Assembly (NCBI GenBank): GCA_038243585.1
Contig: JBBSQY010000002.1
Span: forward strand, 32,001 to 96,000
Direction: 5' to 3'
DNA: 64,000 nt
From: Candidatus Sumerlaeales bacterium
Lineage (GTDB): Bacteria; Sumerlaeota; Sumerlaeia; Sumerlaeales; Sumerlaeaceae
Part shown: piece by piece, positions 59,561-64,000 of the stretch
Layout of the letters: each line of letters begins with the position of its first letter
How positions within the stretch are numbered: position 1 is the stretch's first letter
Program-made: the position numbers and the translations under genes
The notes under the pieces: generated by a model
What the model was told of the DNA's origin: nothing
What the model saw: the letters and a program-made list of their open reading frames with translations, nothing else
Database searches by the model: none

Positions 59561-61987
59561 ATGTTTTATCGCCGCCCGCTTATTCCATGTATCCTGGCCT
59601 ATGTTGCCGGGCTGTGGCTGGTTCATTGGGTCTATCACTTTTGGCCTGCCGCCGCCTTGTTGTTAGGTGGACTGACAGCGGCTGCATCCATCAGCGTTGC
59701 CGTACGCTCGAAGGATATGAGCTTGTTCTACCTTTTTCTCCTTATGGCGTTAGGGGCGTCGGTTATGGGTGTGCGGGAGCGGAGGGCGTATGTGGCGCAG
59801 GAGGTAGTTACGCAGCTCCAGTCGCCGGCTGCAAAAATTATTTCAGGCAAAGTCAAGGCAATGGCGGAGCTGACCGATACGGAAAGTTCTCGGCTGATAT
59901 TGAGCGACGTCCGGGTTACAAGCGGAAGCGGTTCTGTCGAGCTGCCGGGCCTTGTTTATTTAACGCTGGACGCGGCGGGTATGGCAGGAGGAAAGTTCCC
60001 CGGCGCGGGACAGCGAGTCATTTTTCCCGGACGGATTTTTAAGCCGGGCGCCCTCCATAATTTCTTCGGATATGATCGAACCGCGGCCCTGCGCCATGAA
60101 GGCGTATTTGCTGGCGCAGCCCCGCTGGGGTCAAAAGGAATCGTCAGGATTCAATCGGGGAGCGACGGCGTTTTCGGCCGAATCAGCCGGACGCTGAGCA
60201 ATTTCCGCCGTCTCGTTTCAGAAAACCTGCTTCGGGATATGTGGGACCGAGAAGGGCGGCTGATGGTCGCAATGCTTTTTAACGATATGAGAAACCTTGG
60301 AGATGACGAGAAGGCCATTTTCCGGGACAGCCAGACGTTTCACTTGTTTGCCGTCAGCGGAATGCACGTGGCCATATTGGCATTCGTGCTAAACCTCCTG
60401 TTTCGCGCTCTTCGATTTGGAGTTCGGGCCTCGTGGCTGGGAGTGGCTGTTGTGCTCCTGATTTATTTGTGGATTATTGGCTTTGTGCCTTCGGCCACTC
60501 GCAGCTATCTGATGCTCGTGGCATTCACTGCGGCATATGTGCTGGGGCGGGAAGTCGACGCCCTGACGTCCTTATTTTTTGCGATTGCGGCGGTGGTGGC
60601 TTTTGATCCTGCAGCACCCTGGAAAGCTGGCTTCGTTTTAAGCGTGGCCGGGGTCACAGGTATTATCCTGCTGGCTCCGCTTCTGCTGTTGTGGTTTCCG
60701 TGGCCGGGGGAAAATCGGCATTCCGGGTGGAGACGATGGGCTGCCAATGGGATGAAGCTTTTAATGGCGACAATAGCCGTGTCTATCTTTCTGCTGCCGC
60801 TCCAGGTTTACTATTTCGGCTTCTGGAATGCCGTTTCACCTGTAGCGAATTTGCTGCAGGCGATACTCGCGGAGTTTGTGCTGAGCGCCGGCATATTGAC
60901 GGCGGTCGCAGGACTTGTTTCTGAGGAGGCGGGGGCGCTGGCAGGGCAGTCTGCGTCTGCCATCATGTGGATGATATATGGTATATCTAAAGCTGCTGCG
61001 GAGCTTCCTGAAGGAATGTTTTACTTCCGTCAGATACCGCTTTGGCTGCTAATGGCCTGCTATGGGATATTAATAGGCGGATACTACCTTGTGCATAGGG
61101 ATTCTCCGGAGTTTCGATTAAAGAGCCGTGCCCGCTTCGCCACGCATGCCTGTTGCTGCCTGGGGATGCTGATTGTGTTCCAGCACTGGAGCGATAGCCG
61201 CCAGGACGAGCTGGAAATATGGTCGTTGGACGTGGGGCAGGGGGATGCGACGCTGGTCCGCTTTTCCAATGGGGAAACGCTGCTAATTGATGGCGGCCGA
61301 TCGGATCCGGATATGGGCCGGCTGGTGGTTGTGCCGCAGCTTAGGGGACTAGGTATCTCCAGGCTTGATTATATTGTTGCGACTCATGATGACGACGATC
61401 ACACCGGCGGTCTGGCGGAAGTAATAAGGTCGGTGGGGTGCAAAAACCTGCTGGTTCCAGCTGGACTTGAGGCTAAATCGAAATCCACCAAGGCGATGTT
61501 GAAAGCGGCTAAAGACCGCAACTGCGTTGTGCAAACGGTATCTAGTGGTTACACCGCCCGGGCGGGGGAAGCGCTAATCGAAATTCTCAATCCGCTAAAA
61601 GGAGCGGCCAATACTGGCAACGACAACGAGAATTCCGTAGTTCTACAGGTTAGCCTGGGACAATTTTCTGCTTTGCTGATGGGCGACGCCGGGCTTGCGG
61701 TGGAAGAACGGCTTATTCGGGAACGAAAGCTGAGCCCGGTTACGCTGCTGAAGGCGGGGCACCATGGCAGCAAGACGGCTACAGGAAAAGATTTGCTGGT
61801 CGCGGTGCGCCCAAAGTGCGTGTTAATTTCATGTGGAGCAGGCAACCGGTTTGGACATCCGGCCACCGATGTGATGGCACGACTGGCGCTGGCTGGAGGA
61901 GAGATATTTCGGACGGATGTTGATGGCGCAATCTGCGTCAGCACGAACGGGGACGGGGTTAATGTTAAGCGGGCAGTAGGCTGGTAA
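59561..61987 (+). CDS. comEC: DNA uptake competence protein ComEC/Rec2
   Basis: HLFAVSGMH competence domain; MBL domain DVGQGD, THDDDDH, GHHGS, NRFGHP. Confidence 0.93.
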   Translation: MFYRRPLIPCILAYVAGLWLVHWVYHFWPAAALLLGGLTAAASISVAVRSKDMSLFYLFLLMALGASVMGVRERRAYVAQEVVTQLQSPAAKIISGKVKAMAELTDTESSRLILSDVRVTSGSGSVELPGLVYLTLDAAGMAGGKFPGAGQRVIFPGRIFKPGALHNFFGYDRTAALRHEGVFAGAAPLGSKGIVRIQSGSDGVFGRISRTLSNFRRLVSENLLRDMWDREGRLMVAMLFNDMRNLGDDEKAIFRDSQTFHLFAVSGMHVAILAFVLNLLFRALRFGVRASWLGVAVVLLIYLWIIGFVPSATRSYLMLVAFTAAYVLGREVDALTSLFFAIAAVVAFDPAAPWKAGFVLSVAGVTGIILLAPLLLLWFPWPGENRHSGWRRWAANGMKLLMATIAVSIFLLPLQVYYFGFWNAVSPVANLLQAILAEFVLSAGILTAVAGLVSEEAGALAGQSASAIMWMIYGISKAAAELPEGMFYFRQIPLWLLMACYGILIGGYYLVHRDSPEFRLKSRARFATHACCCLGMLIVFQHWSDSRQDELEIWSLDVGQGDATLVRFSNGETLLIDGGRSDPDMGRLVVVPQLRGLGISRLDYIVATHDDDDHTGGLAEVIRSVGCKNLLVPAGLEAKSKSTKAMLKAAKDRNCVVQTVSSGYTARAGEALIEILNPLKGAANTGNDNENSVVLQVSLGQFSALLMGDAGLAVEERLIRERKLSPVTLLKAGHHGSKTATGKDLLVAVRPKCVLISCGAGNRFGHPATDVMARLALAGGEIFRTDVDGAICVSTNGDGVNVKRAVGW

Positions 61988-62078
61988 ATCGCGCCGGGCC
62001 ATAGCCGATTAATAATAAAAGGGCTGAGAAACTTTCGTCTCTCAACCCTGCAAAACATGTTCTTGCTAAAAGGTACGA

Positions 62079-63548
62079 CTACTGGTTGCCCTGTTTAGCT
62101 TTGTTCCGGTTGCGCTTTCCTTTTTTCCGAACAGCCGGTTTGCTGGTTTTCGAGTCGTTCTCGGCGGCCAGTTTTTCTCTCGCTTTAAGTAATCTAGAAT
62201 CCAAAAAAAGTGGTGGTGCGTTTTTGCGGTTCCAAACTTGCCAGGCCTTCCGAAGCTCAGCGACCTTTTCACTGTTTTCCTGCGCGACATCTTTTGTTTC
62301 GCCTATATCTTCATTCAGGTTATAGAGGGCCCAAGGCGCTCCGTCGGCTGGCTGGACTGCTTTCCAGTCGCCCATTCTGACGGCTTTTTGGTTAGGGGCG
62401 TCAGTCCATTTCCAGAAGAGAGCTTCATGAGGCGTTCCGGTATTTTTACCGGTGATAAACGGCAGCAGATCAACTCCTTCAAGATCAGAAGTTGTAGTTG
62501 TATTAGCGGCAGCCAGGAAGGTTGGGGTAAGATCGAGAGCAATAACAGGCTTTTCATATTTTAGGCCTGCAGGAATAACTCCGTTCCACTGAATGAACAG
62601 GGGAACCCGAATGCCGCCTTCATATACAGTAGCTTTGCCGTCGCGCAGGACACCATTGGATTCAGAAAGATTGCCGCGGGTACCGCCGTTATCATTGAAA
62701 AATACGATAAGGGTATTATCTTCTTGCCCGGAGTCACGGACAGCTTTCAAAATGTCGCCCACGGAATTATCCATCTCATAAATCATCGCCGCCATAGCGC
62801 GGTCTCGATCGTCTTTAATATTTTCAAACTTCTTCCGGGTTTCCTCCGGGGCTTGTAACGGAGTATGAACCGCGTTGAACGGGACATAGAGGAAGTAGGG
62901 ATTGTCCTTTGAACGGCCAATGAACTGAACGGCTTCATCACCAAATGCGGTTGTCAGATACTGAGTCGTTTTAACAGGTTTGTCATTGCGGAGAATTGGT
63001 CCCGGTTTTTCAACTCCAGGTTGGTAATCATGGGCACCATGAAGGTGTCCGAAAAAGTAATCGAATCCCTGGCCGTTGGGCGTCATTTCCGTTTTAAATC
63101 CTATATGCCATTTACCAACCATGCCCGTAGAATAGCCGGCATCTTTAAGCATTTCAGAAACCAGGGTTGCAGTGGTCGGTAAGCCGAAATTTTCCGGAAT
63201 TACAGGTCCATGATTGGATACGTACCCGAATCTATCTTGATAAATACCGGTGAGGATTCCGACGCGAGAAGGCCCGCAAACAGGGCATGTCACGTATGCG
63301 TTAGTAAATTGCGCGCCGTTTTTTGCGATGGAATCAATGTTCGGAGTCTCGACTTTTTTACCGCCGGTTATACTGAGGTCGGCGTAATCCAGATCATCAG
63401 CCAGGATAAGAATGATATTTGGCTGCTTCTGCGTCTGCGAGGTTTCCGATGAACCAGCCAGTGTGGCGGTGGTTTGTGCGGAAACGGAGAACGCGCAGGC
63501 AGCCATGGCTGCCGCAAGCAGGCCGGCTCGAAACGTGGTTTGATGCAT
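62079..63548 (-). CDS. Secreted arylsulfatase (Cys-type)
   Basis: PNIILILADD, CGPSR formylglycine motif, GKWH, DNGG, YEGGIRVP. Signal peptide from ATG 63548. Confidence 0.93.
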   Translation of the reverse strand: MHQTTFRAGLLAAAMAACAFSVSAQTTATLAGSSETSQTQKQPNIILILADDLDYADLSITGGKKVETPNIDSIAKNGAQFTNAYVTCPVCGPSRVGILTGIYQDRFGYVSNHGPVIPENFGLPTTATLVSEMLKDAGYSTGMVGKWHIGFKTEMTPNGQGFDYFFGHLHGAHDYQPGVEKPGPILRNDKPVKTTQYLTTAFGDEAVQFIGRSKDNPYFLYVPFNAVHTPLQAPEETRKKFENIKDDRDRAMAAMIYEMDNSVGDILKAVRDSGQEDNTLIVFFNDNGGTRGNLSESNGVLRDGKATVYEGGIRVPLFIQWNGVIPAGLKYEKPVIALDLTPTFLAAANTTTTSDLEGVDLLPFITGKNTGTPHEALFWKWTDAPNQKAVRMGDWKAVQPADGAPWALYNLNEDIGETKDVAQENSEKVAELRKAWQVWNRKNAPPLFLDSRLLKAREKLAAENDSKTSKPAVRKKGKRNRNKAKQGNQ

Positions 63549-63782
63549 TATGTGCCTTTCTTTGTCCGCTGCGCGTGGCGGCATAGTATCTGGGAGAGGG
63601 AAGATGATACACTTGACAACAAATCTGATCGACAGGTTACGCGCGTAAAGGCGCAAGAGTTGATTTGCAAATTATTTTACGCGCTCGTAGGCTTGTTATG
63701 TGAAAAATATCAGCCTAAAAGCTAAGGTTTGGGGAATAACCAGTAATAGTTCGGCAATTTGGAGGGTACAACTATAACAACC

Positions 63783-64000
63783 ATGCCAGCTAACCTGACT
63801 TCGACATCACATCGACCCTACCCGCTCCCGGCGGGACGTCCGGTTATGGAAATGAACTGGCACGATCTGATGTTTGCCCATTGGCCGCTTCCGGCGGAGG
63901 CTTTAAAAAGCCTGGTTCCCCCCGGTCTATCTATCGATGTTTTTGAGGGACAGGCCTGGATTGGCATAGTTCCGTTTTCTATGTCGGGCGTGCGACGGTG
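63783..64000 (+). CDS. YqjF/DUF2071 family protein, truncated by the window edge
   Basis: Manual translation: HRPYPLP..MNWHDLMFAHW..VPPGLSIDVFEGQAWIGIVPF. Confidence 0.85.
   Translation, partial: MPANLTSTSHRPYPLPAGRPVMEMNWHDLMFAHWPLPAEALKSLVPPGLSIDVFEGQAWIGIVPFSMSGVRR

Overview
This is a gene-dense 64 kb chromosomal segment from a diderm bacterium. It is probably Candidatus Sumerlaeota/BRC1; I infer this from the AFTLIELLIVVAIIAILAAIAVPNFLEAQTRAK pilin-like protein and the DW-type C-terminal tails. It has about 45 CDS and one tRNA-Tyr. I found no integrase, transposase or CRISPR array. Housekeeping genes include tkt, dapA, hisN-like, mqnE, dnaB, tgt, serA, lon, mscL and comEC. Repair and mutagenesis modules are a dinB/imuB-like gene plus dnaE2 behind a GAAC-N4-GTTC box, and Ku-LigD. 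There is also a BlaI/BlaR1 pair with two operators, a split MacAB-TolC-type exporter and many secreted or envelope enzymes. The main leads are: (1) a shared [AV]-x-D-W-x-[LV]-[FY] tail on two unrelated secreted proteins, a candidate sorting signal; (2) recurrent Thr-Thr motifs in exported proteins, candidate O-glycosylation sites; (3) an O-antigen-ligase-like protein fused to a degenerate class A beta-lactamase-like domain, coupled to a membrane-anchored partner after tRNA-Tyr; (4) a BlaR1 with an LptA/OstA-like external domain; (5) a large amidase gene split by a -1 frame change near G_GGA_AAC; (6) GTAG-type REP/REPIN doublets. All family calls come from motif recognition by eye, not database searches.
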